Source: Nitrospirota bacterium (GTDB taxonomy: Bacteria; Nitrospirota; Thermodesulfovibrionia; Thermodesulfovibrionales; JdFR-85). From it: a DNA stretch of 64,000 nt. The stretch lies in the NCBI GenBank assembly GCA_015492645.1, contig WGER01000001.1:15926-79925 (forward strand). Reading direction: 5' to 3'. Positions within the stretch are counted from its first letter, which is position 1. Each line of letters opens with the position of its first letter. Positions 54,599-63,349 of this stretch are shown piece by piece. The notes beneath the pieces were generated by a model. The model was not told the origin of the DNA. It was given only the letters and a program-made list of their open reading frames with translations, and did not search any database. The translations under genes were made by a program, and so were the position numbers.

Positions 54599-56260
54599 AT
54601 GATCAGCAGAAGGGAGTTTCTATACTGTCTGGCGATTGCAATGGGTGGATCTGCAATAAATCTAAAGGGATTGTCTGCAGAAGAACCCACTTTTGAGTCT
54701 GTTGTTAGTTTTCGGTCAATCGGAAATGTGACCATACTGCATACCACTGATACCCATGCCCAGCTCCTTCCAACCTATTACAGGGAGCCTGATACCAACA
54801 TCGGTATAGGTGCAATGAAGGGCACCCCACCGCATTTAACAGGTATGGAGTTCCTAAAGTACTATGGAATAAGGCACGGTAGCCCATTGGCTTATGCCTT
54901 TACTTATTTAGATTTTCAGACACTTGCCAGAGAATATGGCAAGATGGGGGGATTTTCCCATCTTGCCACTCTTATTAAACAGGTGAGACAGGAAAGAGAG
55001 GGCAAGGTTGTGTATGTAGATACAGGAGACACCCTTCAAGGCTCTGCATTGAGCCTCTGGTCCAGAGGAGAGGATATGGTAGAGGTACTGAATCTTCTTA
55101 AATGTGATGCTATGACCGGTCACTGGGAATTCACATATGGCCAGCAGAGGCTTATGGAACTGATAAAGAAGATGAAATTTCCATTTATTGCACATAATGT
55201 GCATGATGCAATCTGGGAAGATCCTGTGTTTGAGCCTTATGTGATAAAGTCATTAAAGGATGTCTCTGTTGCCCTTATAGGTCAGGCATTCCCATATACC
55301 CCCATAGCCAATCCGAAAAGGTTTATTCCTGACTGGTCCTTTGGGATCAAAGAGGAAAACCTTCAAAGAGTTGTAGATGAGGTGAGGGCAAAGAAGGTAG
55401 ATTTAGTAATCCTATTATCCCACAGTGGCTTTGATGTGGACAGAAAAATAGCATCAAGGGTAAAGGGAATAGACGTGATCTTAGGTGGGCATACCCATGA
55501 TGCTATACCGAGACCCTTTGTAGTGGGGAAAACCCTTGTCATTGGATCAGGCTGTTATGGAAAGTTTTTAGCAAGATTGGATCTGAAGGTGAGGTCAAAA
55601 AGGATTGAAGACTTTTCCTTTAAACTCATACCTGTCTTCTCCAGAGTTATCAAACCTGACCATGAAATGGAAACACTTATAAAGAGATTAAGGACTCCAT
55701 ATCTCAAGCAGTTGAGCGAGGTGATTGGAGAGACGGAGGTCCTGCTCTTCAGAAGAGGCAATTTTGACGGTACCTTTGACGATCTTATATGTGATGCACT
55801 AATGGAATACTATGATGTGGATTTCACCTTGTCTCCAGGATTCAGATGGGGAGCAACGATTCTTCCAGGTAAAATAACCAGTGAGGATGTCTATTCTCAC
55901 ACTGCAATCACATATCCAAACACCTACAGAGGTAAGATAAAAGGTTCACAACTAAAAGAGATCCTTGAGGATATAGCCGATAACCTCTTTAATCCAGACC
56001 CCTACAGACAACAGGGTGGTGACATGGTACGTTCAAGAGGCATCCACTATATACTCTATCCTGAACAGAAGATGGGCAACAGGATAGCAGATCTCCGTGT
56101 AAGGGGAAAGCCTGTTGACCCTGACAGGGAATACACCTTTGCCGGATGGGCCTCTATGCAACTACAGGAGGGTCCCCCTGTATATGAGATTGTGTTAGAC
56201 TATATCAGGAAGAAAAAAAGAATTAATGTTGAGGTGGACCGACCGAGGGTTATAATCTGA
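54599..56260 (+). CDS. soxB: thiosulfohydrolase SoxB (5'-nucleotidase/metallophosphatase family)
   Basis: Tat signal SRREFL, metallophosphatase motifs (HTTDTHAQ, GDT.QGS, GHWEF, GGHTHD) and a C-terminal 5'-nucleotidase domain. Confidence 0.85.
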   Translation: MISRREFLYCLAIAMGGSAINLKGLSAEEPTFESVVSFRSIGNVTILHTTDTHAQLLPTYYREPDTNIGIGAMKGTPPHLTGMEFLKYYGIRHGSPLAYAFTYLDFQTLAREYGKMGGFSHLATLIKQVRQEREGKVVYVDTGDTLQGSALSLWSRGEDMVEVLNLLKCDAMTGHWEFTYGQQRLMELIKKMKFPFIAHNVHDAIWEDPVFEPYVIKSLKDVSVALIGQAFPYTPIANPKRFIPDWSFGIKEENLQRVVDEVRAKKVDLVILLSHSGFDVDRKIASRVKGIDVILGGHTHDAIPRPFVVGKTLVIGSGCYGKFLARLDLKVRSKRIEDFSFKLIPVFSRVIKPDHEMETLIKRLRTPYLKQLSEVIGETEVLLFRRGNFDGTFDDLICDALMEYYDVDFTLSPGFRWGATILPGKITSEDVYSHTAITYPNTYRGKIKGSQLKEILEDIADNLFNPDPYRQQGGDMVRSRGIHYILYPEQKMGNRIADLRVRGKPVDPDREYTFAGWASMQLQEGPPVYEIVLDYIRKKKRINVEVDRPRVII

Positions 56261-56267
56261 TCATTAA

Positions 56268-57722
56268 GTGACAAAGAGATTCTTTATAATCTCACTGATA
56301 TGGATACTCTGGACAGGTAGTGTTCAGTCAATAGAAGAGTTGAGATTTGTGCTCATACCCCTTGAGTCTCCCACTACCATGTACAAAAGGTTTCTCCCTC
56401 TTAAGAGATATCTGCAGGAGAGACTTTCATTAAGGATCACCTTGCGGGTTGCCACTGATGGAGAGGACATCCTGAAACAATTAAGAGAAGGAAAGGCTGA
56501 TCTGGCCTTCCTCTGTCCAACCCTTTACTGCAGGGCCGCGGCAGAGAGCCCTTTGCTGCCCCTCATCAAACTCAGTGTTCGTGGTGCTTCAAAATACAGG
56601 AGTGCAATTGTTGTCCGGCAAGATTCTGATATAAAGAAGACGATTGACCTGAGAGACAGAAGTTTCGTCTATGGCCGATATCAGTGTCCGGGCTCAGGGC
56701 TTCTACCCACTGTTATGTTGAAGAGGGTTGGTATTACTGAAGAGGGACTCTTTGAGGTTGTCAAGTTAGGCTCTGATAAGAGCGCAGTGGTTTCTGTACT
56801 GGCAAAGGTATTTGATGCCACAGGTGTGCCCGAGTCAGTAGCAGAGAAATATGCTGACAAAGGGCTCAGGACTGTCAGATATTCCTATTCTATCCCTCAG
56901 TATCTCATCGCTGCTCGTAAGGATTTAGGTGTTGACCTTTTGGCCAACCTCAGGGAGACCTTTCTTGAGGTAAACAGCAGTCCTTCAGGATCTCATATAT
57001 TTGAGAGTATAGGTGAGGGAGTTGATTCCTTCAGACCTGCCTCAGACAGTGAATATGACATTGTAAGGGCACTGATGAATATTCCTGTTCCAAAAGGTAC
57101 AGATCCGATTTCGGTAATAGTAGAACCGGTACTCTCTAAGGTGGAGATTTTAAGTAGAGTAGGAGAGATGATGAACTATCTGACTAAAGAGACAGGCCTC
57201 AGGTTCAGAATAATTGTTCCTGCTGATGAGAGATTATTCATCGAGCGGATGAAGGAAGGTGATGGTGTATTATTTCTGTATTCAGCCCTGTTTGAAAACG
57301 ACAGTGAGACCTCACTCACCAGATTAGCAAAGGTGTGGATATTCGGTAGAGATGCCCGTTTTTTCCTCATAAGAGGCGAGAATAAAGGGGGGGAGATAGC
57401 AGTGGCTTCTCTGATGCATAATATTTCTGGCATAAGCAAGAAGAGATTGACTCCGGTGGGCACCTATGAGAAAGTACTGCTCAGTGTGTACAATGGAAAT
57501 ATCTCCATGGGGTTAATAAATTCTGCAGTGTATGAGGCATTTATTGATGACCTCCATGTACAGAAACTATCCATTCTGAGAACTGTTCCACTGCCGACAT
57601 ATTGGACCTTGGAGGCAGGATATGGTGTTGATCAAAAGATAATTGATAAAATAAAAAAAGCATTAAATAATTATAAAGGATTCCCTGCTGTTGAATTATA
57701 CAATGAGATGGTATCTTCTTAA
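56268..57722 (+). CDS. periplasmic PhnD/SsuA-like substrate-binding protein (apparently duplicated PBP domain)
   Basis: Signal peptide. ...LRFVLIPLESP..., ...ADLAFL... and ...YRSAIVVR... (PhnD-like), with a second PBP-like half. Confidence 0.6.
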   Translation: MTKRFFIISLIWILWTGSVQSIEELRFVLIPLESPTTMYKRFLPLKRYLQERLSLRITLRVATDGEDILKQLREGKADLAFLCPTLYCRAAAESPLLPLIKLSVRGASKYRSAIVVRQDSDIKKTIDLRDRSFVYGRYQCPGSGLLPTVMLKRVGITEEGLFEVVKLGSDKSAVVSVLAKVFDATGVPESVAEKYADKGLRTVRYSYSIPQYLIAARKDLGVDLLANLRETFLEVNSSPSGSHIFESIGEGVDSFRPASDSEYDIVRALMNIPVPKGTDPISVIVEPVLSKVEILSRVGEMMNYLTKETGLRFRIIVPADERLFIERMKEGDGVLFLYSALFENDSETSLTRLAKVWIFGRDARFFLIRGENKGGEIAVASLMHNISGISKKRLTPVGTYEKVLLSVYNGNISMGLINSAVYEAFIDDLHVQKLSILRTVPLPTYWTLEAGYGVDQKIIDKIKKALNNYKGFPAVELYNEMVSS

Positions 57723-59172
57723 ATGGATATATGATCGGACCAGTTTTAAGACAAAAGGAATATTTTATGTGGTCATCCTTATAATGGTCATCTTTCTGTC
57801 GGTAAGCCTCCTGGTGCTCTCATCTGCAAAAAAGAATCTTAAGAATCAATTACAGACCTTCCATGAAGGGATCGCAGCCCGTCTCGCTATTGATGCCTCT
57901 GATGCCTTTATAAGTAAGGACTTTGGTAGTTTACTCACGAGAATTGAACAACTACGAAAGGCTTCACAGATAAAAGGGGCAACAGTTATTGACCTAAATG
58001 GTGTTGTTGTCTCTTCAGAGGATCTCCGAAAACTTGGTACAATCGATGATGAACTTTTAAGGTTGCTTGAGTCATATAAAAAAAAGCATTTTATAACAAA
58101 ATTAGATGGAAAGATTTTCATGCCTGTTGAGGTAGATGGTGATCTCTTCGGGTTTATGGAAGTAGTCTTTGATTGGGAGAAGGAACAACAGAACCTGAAT
58201 AAAGAGTTCAAGAACACGGTGAGACATCTCATCTATCTTGCCATTGTGATTACCGCACTCGGTATATGTGGTGCCTTTGTGGTTTCATCTCTGTTAACAA
58301 AACCTGTTGTAGACCTTACTAAAGAGATAGAGAATTTTGAGAGAGAACTCATTTCATCCACAAAGGGAGAGATTTCATCGCCCCTGAGAGACGAGACCAT
58401 TTACCTCAGGGAAGCATTCCATCGGATGATTCAGAGTCTTAAAAAATATCTGAGTGAATACAAAAGGATTTCAGAAGAGAGGCAGAGACTGTCCTGTCTT
58501 GCGACGGTGGGTGAGGTATCAGCGCAAATCGCTCATGAAATAAGGAATAGTATGCATGCAATAAAGGCTGCCATTGGAGGTATAGAAGAAACTGGGTATA
58601 ACGGCAATATAAAGGAGTACATAGAGATAATCAAGGAAGAGGCAGCGGATATGTCTGCCACTATGGAGGAATTCCTGAGATTCTCAAAGATGCCATCGCC
58701 AGTACTGAAGGAATGCAGGATTGAGGAGGTGATTGACCGTGTGATTGAATTACTTGAACCTGATCTGGAAGAAGCAGGGGTCAAGGTGATAAAGAAGAAA
58801 GATATACAATTACCTTTGTTGAAGGGTGATCCGGCCCTTCTAAAACAGGCCTTTATGAATTTATTTATGAACTCCATACAGGCAATGCCCACTGGTGGTA
58901 AGATAATCATAGACTTCAGGATCAACGAGCACTGGCTTGATGTCTCTTTTAAGGATACAGGTCCGGGGATCCCACAGGAGTTGAAGGATAAAATTTTTCA
59001 GCCTTTCTTTACAACTAAAACAGACGGGATTGGGTTGGGACTCACTACTGTCTACAAGATTGTAATAGCCCATTATGGTCAGATTTATCTGCTGGACTCT
59101 GAAGTGGGTGCAAACTTTCTGATAAGGCTTCCCTTAGGAGAACAGAGGCTGACCTTTATGGAGGATATCTGA
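57691..59172 (+). CDS. sensor histidine kinase (NtrB/AtoS-like: TM, HisKA, HATPase_c)
   Basis: H-box SAQIAHEIRNSM and N/G boxes (DTGPGIP, GIGLGL). The 5' end overlaps the PBP gene. Confidence 0.85.
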   Translation: MNYTMRWYLLKWIYDRTSFKTKGIFYVVILIMVIFLSVSLLVLSSAKKNLKNQLQTFHEGIAARLAIDASDAFISKDFGSLLTRIEQLRKASQIKGATVIDLNGVVVSSEDLRKLGTIDDELLRLLESYKKKHFITKLDGKIFMPVEVDGDLFGFMEVVFDWEKEQQNLNKEFKNTVRHLIYLAIVITALGICGAFVVSSLLTKPVVDLTKEIENFERELISSTKGEISSPLRDETIYLREAFHRMIQSLKKYLSEYKRISEERQRLSCLATVGEVSAQIAHEIRNSMHAIKAAIGGIEETGYNGNIKEYIEIIKEEAADMSATMEEFLRFSKMPSPVLKECRIEEVIDRVIELLEPDLEEAGVKVIKKKDIQLPLLKGDPALLKQAFMNLFMNSIQAMPTGGKIIIDFRINEHWLDVSFKDTGPGIPQELKDKIFQPFFTTKTDGIGLGLTTVYKIVIAHYGQIYLLDSEVGANFLIRLPLGEQRLTFMEDI

Positions 59173-59173
59173 A

Positions 59174-60514
59174 ATGCCGGAAGGCTGTTACAGGCTTCTT
59201 GTGGTGGATGATGAAAGGAATATAAGAAGGGCTCTTGAGAAGTTCTTCAAACAGAAAGGATTTTATGTGGAGACAGCAAGGAGTTATGAAGAGGCCGTTT
59301 CAAGACTCCAGCAGAACAACTTTGATCTGGTACTCACTGACATGCGTCTGCCCGGCAGATCAGGCTTAGAACTCCTCAAATGGATCAAACACCACTCTGC
59401 TGATGTGCCGGTTGTTGTGATTACCGCTTATGGCAGTATTGAAAACGCTGTAGAGGCGATGAAGGCTGGTGCATCTAATTATATTACAAAGCCGGTTGAT
59501 CTCACAGAGATATTTGCCATCGTTAGACATACACTGATACACAGTGGGCATATAGGTGTTGCTGAGACAGCAGAAAAACCCAATTATGGAATAATCGGGC
59601 AGAGTCGTGCAATAAAAGAAATTATGGCCATAATTGAAGCGGTGAGCACAAGCCGGTCTACTATATTGATTACCGGAGAATCAGGTACAGGCAAGGAGTT
59701 AGTTGCAAGGGCGATACATAGTGCCTCAGCAAGAAAAGGTCCTTTTGTTCCTATTAATTGTGCTGCTATACCTTCAGAGTTAATAGAGAATGAACTCTTT
59801 GGCCACGAGGCGGGTGCATACACAGGAGCAACAACCACAAAAAGGGGTAAGGTTGAGATTGCAAATGGGGGAACCCTCTTCCTTGATGAGATTGCCGAAA
59901 TGCCCATCCAGATGCAGGTGAAGTTACTGAGGTTCATTCAGGATAGAGAGTTTTATAGAGTGGGTGGAACCCTTCCCCTGAGTTCAGACTGTCGGATTAT
60001 AGCGGCCACCAATAAAGATATTGAGGAGGAGGTCACAGGAGGAAGATTCAGAGAAGACCTATACTGGAGATTGAATGTGATCCATATTCACGTCCCTCCA
60101 TTGAGGGAGCGGATGGAGGATATCCCCAAACTTGCTATGTCATTTTTGAGAAGATTTGCAGAAGAAAATCATAAACTCGTTACAGGTATTGAAGAAACAG
60201 CTATGGAAGCCTTAATGAGGTATAAATGGCCGGGAAATGTCAGGGAACTGGAGAATGTGATAGAAAGAGCGGTGGTGCTCACCAAGGGCCAAACCATTAC
60301 ACTCAGTGACCTGCCTCACAGGATAAGCAAAGTTGACAACACCTACTACACTGATCTTGCCCTGTTGTCAAGTATGAAACTCTCGGAAATTGAAAAGGCT
60401 GCTGTTATTAGAGCCCTGCAAGAGGAGAACTGGAACCAGACACGTGCAGCAAAAAGACTCGGGATAACACGAAGACAATTGAGAACAAAGATGCTCAAGT
60501 ACGGGCTTCTTTAA
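59174..60514 (+). CDS. sigma-54-dependent response regulator (NtrC family: REC-AAA+-HTH)
   Basis: REC domain, Walker A GESGTGKE, GAYTGA (GAFTGA-type) loop, ESELFGHE-like motif and a C-terminal Fis-type HTH. Confidence 0.9.
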   Translation: MPEGCYRLLVVDDERNIRRALEKFFKQKGFYVETARSYEEAVSRLQQNNFDLVLTDMRLPGRSGLELLKWIKHHSADVPVVVITAYGSIENAVEAMKAGASNYITKPVDLTEIFAIVRHTLIHSGHIGVAETAEKPNYGIIGQSRAIKEIMAIIEAVSTSRSTILITGESGTGKELVARAIHSASARKGPFVPINCAAIPSELIENELFGHEAGAYTGATTTKRGKVEIANGGTLFLDEIAEMPIQMQVKLLRFIQDREFYRVGGTLPLSSDCRIIAATNKDIEEEVTGGRFREDLYWRLNVIHIHVPPLRERMEDIPKLAMSFLRRFAEENHKLVTGIEETAMEALMRYKWPGNVRELENVIERAVVLTKGQTITLSDLPHRISKVDNTYYTDLALLSSMKLSEIEKAAVIRALQEENWNQTRAAKRLGITRRQLRTKMLKYGLL

Positions 60515-60605
60515 ATCTGTTCATTTTAGTACACCATAGGACTCATCTCAGGGGCATTTTTGTCCAGACGTCCTTGGAAGTTGTCTAAAAATCAGGATTT
60601 GACAC

Positions 60606-60621
60606 TGGCACGAAATATGAA
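60606..60621 (+). promoter_or_regulatory. possible sigma-54 promoter (TGGCAC-N5-ATGAA; weak -12)
   Basis: Perfect -24 element, but the -12 region matches only 2/4 of TTGC. Lies ~40 nt upstream of the yeeE-like ATG 60663. Confidence 0.35.
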
Positions 60622-60662
60622 ATCTCTTTCTGAATAAGAATCCCGTTAAAAAGGAGGCCTGA

Positions 60663-61892
60663 ATGAGAAAGAAGGAGATTCTCTGGTACATTTTCTTCAC
60701 AGGCTCGTTTCTGGGGCTCCTGGTCCTGATACTCAAACTCAAATCTCTTGGGGGTATTAACACGGATATGCTTACAGAAGAGGAAGTCTCTGCATTAAAG
60801 GAGTCTGTGAGAATGTGTGTCTTACTTGGTGGGCTACTGATTGGATTGATGCTGGGAGCCGTATTACAGAGGTCCATGCTCTGTCTTGTTATAGCATGCC
60901 ATGATGTAATAACCTTTAGAGACCTGACACAGATGAGGGCATTTGCTATCGCTGTATTTGTGGCAATATTGGGGACCCAGGTGCTGTACAGGATCGGAGA
61001 GGTGAATATAGAATACAGCATTTATCTTTCCACACCTTTTACCCCTGTCAGTTATATGGTGGGAGGGTTACTCTTTGGCTTTGGTATAGTCTTGGCTGGT
61101 GGATGTGCGGGCAGAATTTTGGTTTCCGCTGCTGAAGGTAATCTCTCGGGCCTCTTGAGTCTCATGGCCTTTGTATTTTCTTCTGGAGCCACCCTCTGGG
61201 GAGTTACAGCATGGATAAGGACAGACCTGCTTGATCGTTTCGTGCTCAGGATCTCGAGTCAGTATATACCAGAATTGATGAAAATGTTTCCGTGGTGGAT
61301 GAGCATTTTTCTGATAGGAGGTCCCTTGCTCCTATTTGTACTGAGGGCACCAAGAACCTCAAACTGGTGGTCATGGAAGTGGTTATTTACAGGCATCTCT
61401 GTGGGGCTTATAATAGTGCTTGCATGGTGGATAAATGGGATCAGTCACAGATTGATGCCACAACTTGATCCATTTACCTATACAGGTGTCGATGACCAGA
61501 CATTACTTCAGTACTGGAGGCCAAAGAGCCTCACCTTTGCACTGGCAAATGCCCAAACATTCAGATATCTCTTTATCTGGACAGCGGAGCAAATGAACTT
61601 CGCCATAGCTTCTGTATTTGGTGTCCTCATGGGAGCATTCCTGAGTTCCCTAATCACCAAAACATTCAGGGTGGTGGCACCTGATCTCAGACAATTTAAG
61701 GATAGCCTCATTGGTGGTTCACTAATGGGATTTGGTGCAGTGGTGGCGAAGGGATGTAACATTGGTCAGGGTATGAGTGGCTTTTCCACCCTTTCCGCTG
61801 GAAGCCTCGTTACCGTTCTGTTTATAATATTAGGAGCCTTTGCTGGCTCTTACTACATGAACTGGAGGATCAGCAGAGAGGTGAAATTTTGA
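60663..61892 (+). CDS. YeeE/YedE-family sulfur transporter (all-Cys form, with N-terminal extension)
   Basis: LAGGCAG and AKGCNIGQG motifs. 409 aa and ~10 TM. AAGGAGG RBS. Confidence 0.85.
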   Translation: MRKKEILWYIFFTGSFLGLLVLILKLKSLGGINTDMLTEEEVSALKESVRMCVLLGGLLIGLMLGAVLQRSMLCLVIACHDVITFRDLTQMRAFAIAVFVAILGTQVLYRIGEVNIEYSIYLSTPFTPVSYMVGGLLFGFGIVLAGGCAGRILVSAAEGNLSGLLSLMAFVFSSGATLWGVTAWIRTDLLDRFVLRISSQYIPELMKMFPWWMSIFLIGGPLLLFVLRAPRTSNWWSWKWLFTGISVGLIIVLAWWINGISHRLMPQLDPFTYTGVDDQTLLQYWRPKSLTFALANAQTFRYLFIWTAEQMNFAIASVFGVLMGAFLSSLITKTFRVVAPDLRQFKDSLIGGSLMGFGAVVAKGCNIGQGMSGFSTLSAGSLVTVLFIILGAFAGSYYMNWRISREVKF

Positions 61893-62368
61893 GAGGCATT
61901 CAGGTTCTTCTGATATCCCTGCTGGCGGGATGTTCTTTGCTAATAAAACCAGATACCCAGAATTGTTCCTATGTAAGGTTTTCTGTTGATGGTGATTTTC
62001 AGGATGTGATGGAAACACTAAATATGGTTATAACAGACAGAGGGCTTGTAGTTTCACATACCTTTGATATTGCTGGTATGCTAAAAAGGACAGAGGAGGT
62101 TACAGGTATAAAAACCTCTTTCAACAATGCTGAGGTGATAGAATTTTGCAGTGCTGGACTCAGTAGCAAGATGCTATCTGAGAACCCTCATAGGATAATA
62201 TTCTGTCCTTACAGAATAGCAGTTTACACATTGTATGAGGAGCCTTCCAAGGTCTTTCTTTCATATAGACCACTGGCATGTTCAGGGTCCTCACCAATCC
62301 TCTTTCAGATTGACAGTCTTGTTGAATCTCTCATAAGAGAAACTATTAAATTTCAAGATCAATATTAG
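61889..62368 (+). CDS. DUF302-domain lipoprotein
   Basis: Lipobox LLAGCS and a ...VVSHTFDI...EFC... pattern typical of DUF302. ATGA-type overlap with yeeE. Confidence 0.6.
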   Translation: MRGIQVLLISLLAGCSLLIKPDTQNCSYVRFSVDGDFQDVMETLNMVITDRGLVVSHTFDIAGMLKRTEEVTGIKTSFNNAEVIEFCSAGLSSKMLSENPHRIIFCPYRIAVYTLYEEPSKVFLSYRPLACSGSSPILFQIDSLVESLIRETIKFQDQY

Positions 62369-62369
62369 T

Positions 62370-63113
62370 TCAGAACAGCACCTCACATGGGATATGGGCA
62401 TCATCAAATGCCTTCTTTAGTTGACTTGCCATTCTTGAAAAGAATTCATCCTTCATCGCCCATTGCAATCCATGTCTTCTGTACACCCAGTCAGCGTACC
62501 GGTAGTTCATCCGGTCTATCAGGACATAATCCACTCTGTCTTTCAGCACAATCACAAGACCCTCTGCTCCTGGCAGCATAGGTGCTATCATCGCTTGAGT
62601 CTTTATCCCCTCTGAACGGAGGATTGAAAGTGTCTCGAGCCGTTGTTCGATGGATGGTGCCTTCGGTTCAAATATTCTTTTTATCTCATTATCTGCTGTG
62701 GTAATTGTTATACAAACCACTATATTCTTTGATTTCTTGAGTACATCTATATCTCTCGTTACAAGTGGTGATTTTGTCTGCACTGTAACAGGCCAGTTAT
62801 TTTCGACCAGGATTTCAAGGCATCTCCTTGTGAGTCTGTATCTTCTCTCCACTGGCTGGTATGGATCGCATACACCACTTATCCATACCCTGCCAGGCCG
62901 CTTTTTTTCCACCTCTCTCTCCAGCAGATCGGTGGCATTTGTTTTTACATCGACGAAGTAGCCCCATGGTTCACGGTGGAGGGTAAACCTCCTCATAAAC
63001 CTCGCATAACAATATGTACAGCCAAAGGCACATCCCACATAAGGGTTAAGTGCATACTCAAAGACACGAGATTTTGAGAGGATGCCTTTCGCCTTGCTCT
63101 CTCTAATTCTCAT
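62370..63113 (-). CDS. radical SAM protein (SplB/COG1533-like)
   Basis: CAFGCTYCYA CxxxCxxC motif near the N-terminus. 247 aa. Confidence 0.8.
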   Translation of the reverse strand: MRIRESKAKGILSKSRVFEYALNPYVGCAFGCTYCYARFMRRFTLHREPWGYFVDVKTNATDLLEREVEKKRPGRVWISGVCDPYQPVERRYRLTRRCLEILVENNWPVTVQTKSPLVTRDIDVLKKSKNIVVCITITTADNEIKRIFEPKAPSIEQRLETLSILRSEGIKTQAMIAPMLPGAEGLVIVLKDRVDYVLIDRMNYRYADWVYRRHGLQWAMKDEFFSRMASQLKKAFDDAHIPCEVLF

Positions 63114-63226
63114 TGAAAATTAATTTATTAAGTCTATTCCTCCACTCATTATATCACTAATCGGTATTTTAAACCCATGGTGTATATCCCAGATCTACCG
63201 TTAGAATCTTTGATCTTGTGGGGAGC

Positions 63227-63270
63227 CCCTACCGCGTGTTTTTGACCAAAAGTCTAACGGCAATTCGGAT
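63227..63270 (+). repeat. copy of dispersed intergenic repeat
   Basis: CCCCTACCGCGTGTTTTTGACCAAAAGTCTAACGGCAATTCGG. Shares the TTTTGACC..AGTC.AACGGCAATT core with 45760-45785. Confidence 0.4.
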
Positions 63271-63349
63271 GCAGACCGGGTTTTTGTATAGATGATAAGG
63301 ATTGTTTTATAATTATTGTTCAACAGTCTATTTTTCTGGGAGGCGTGCA

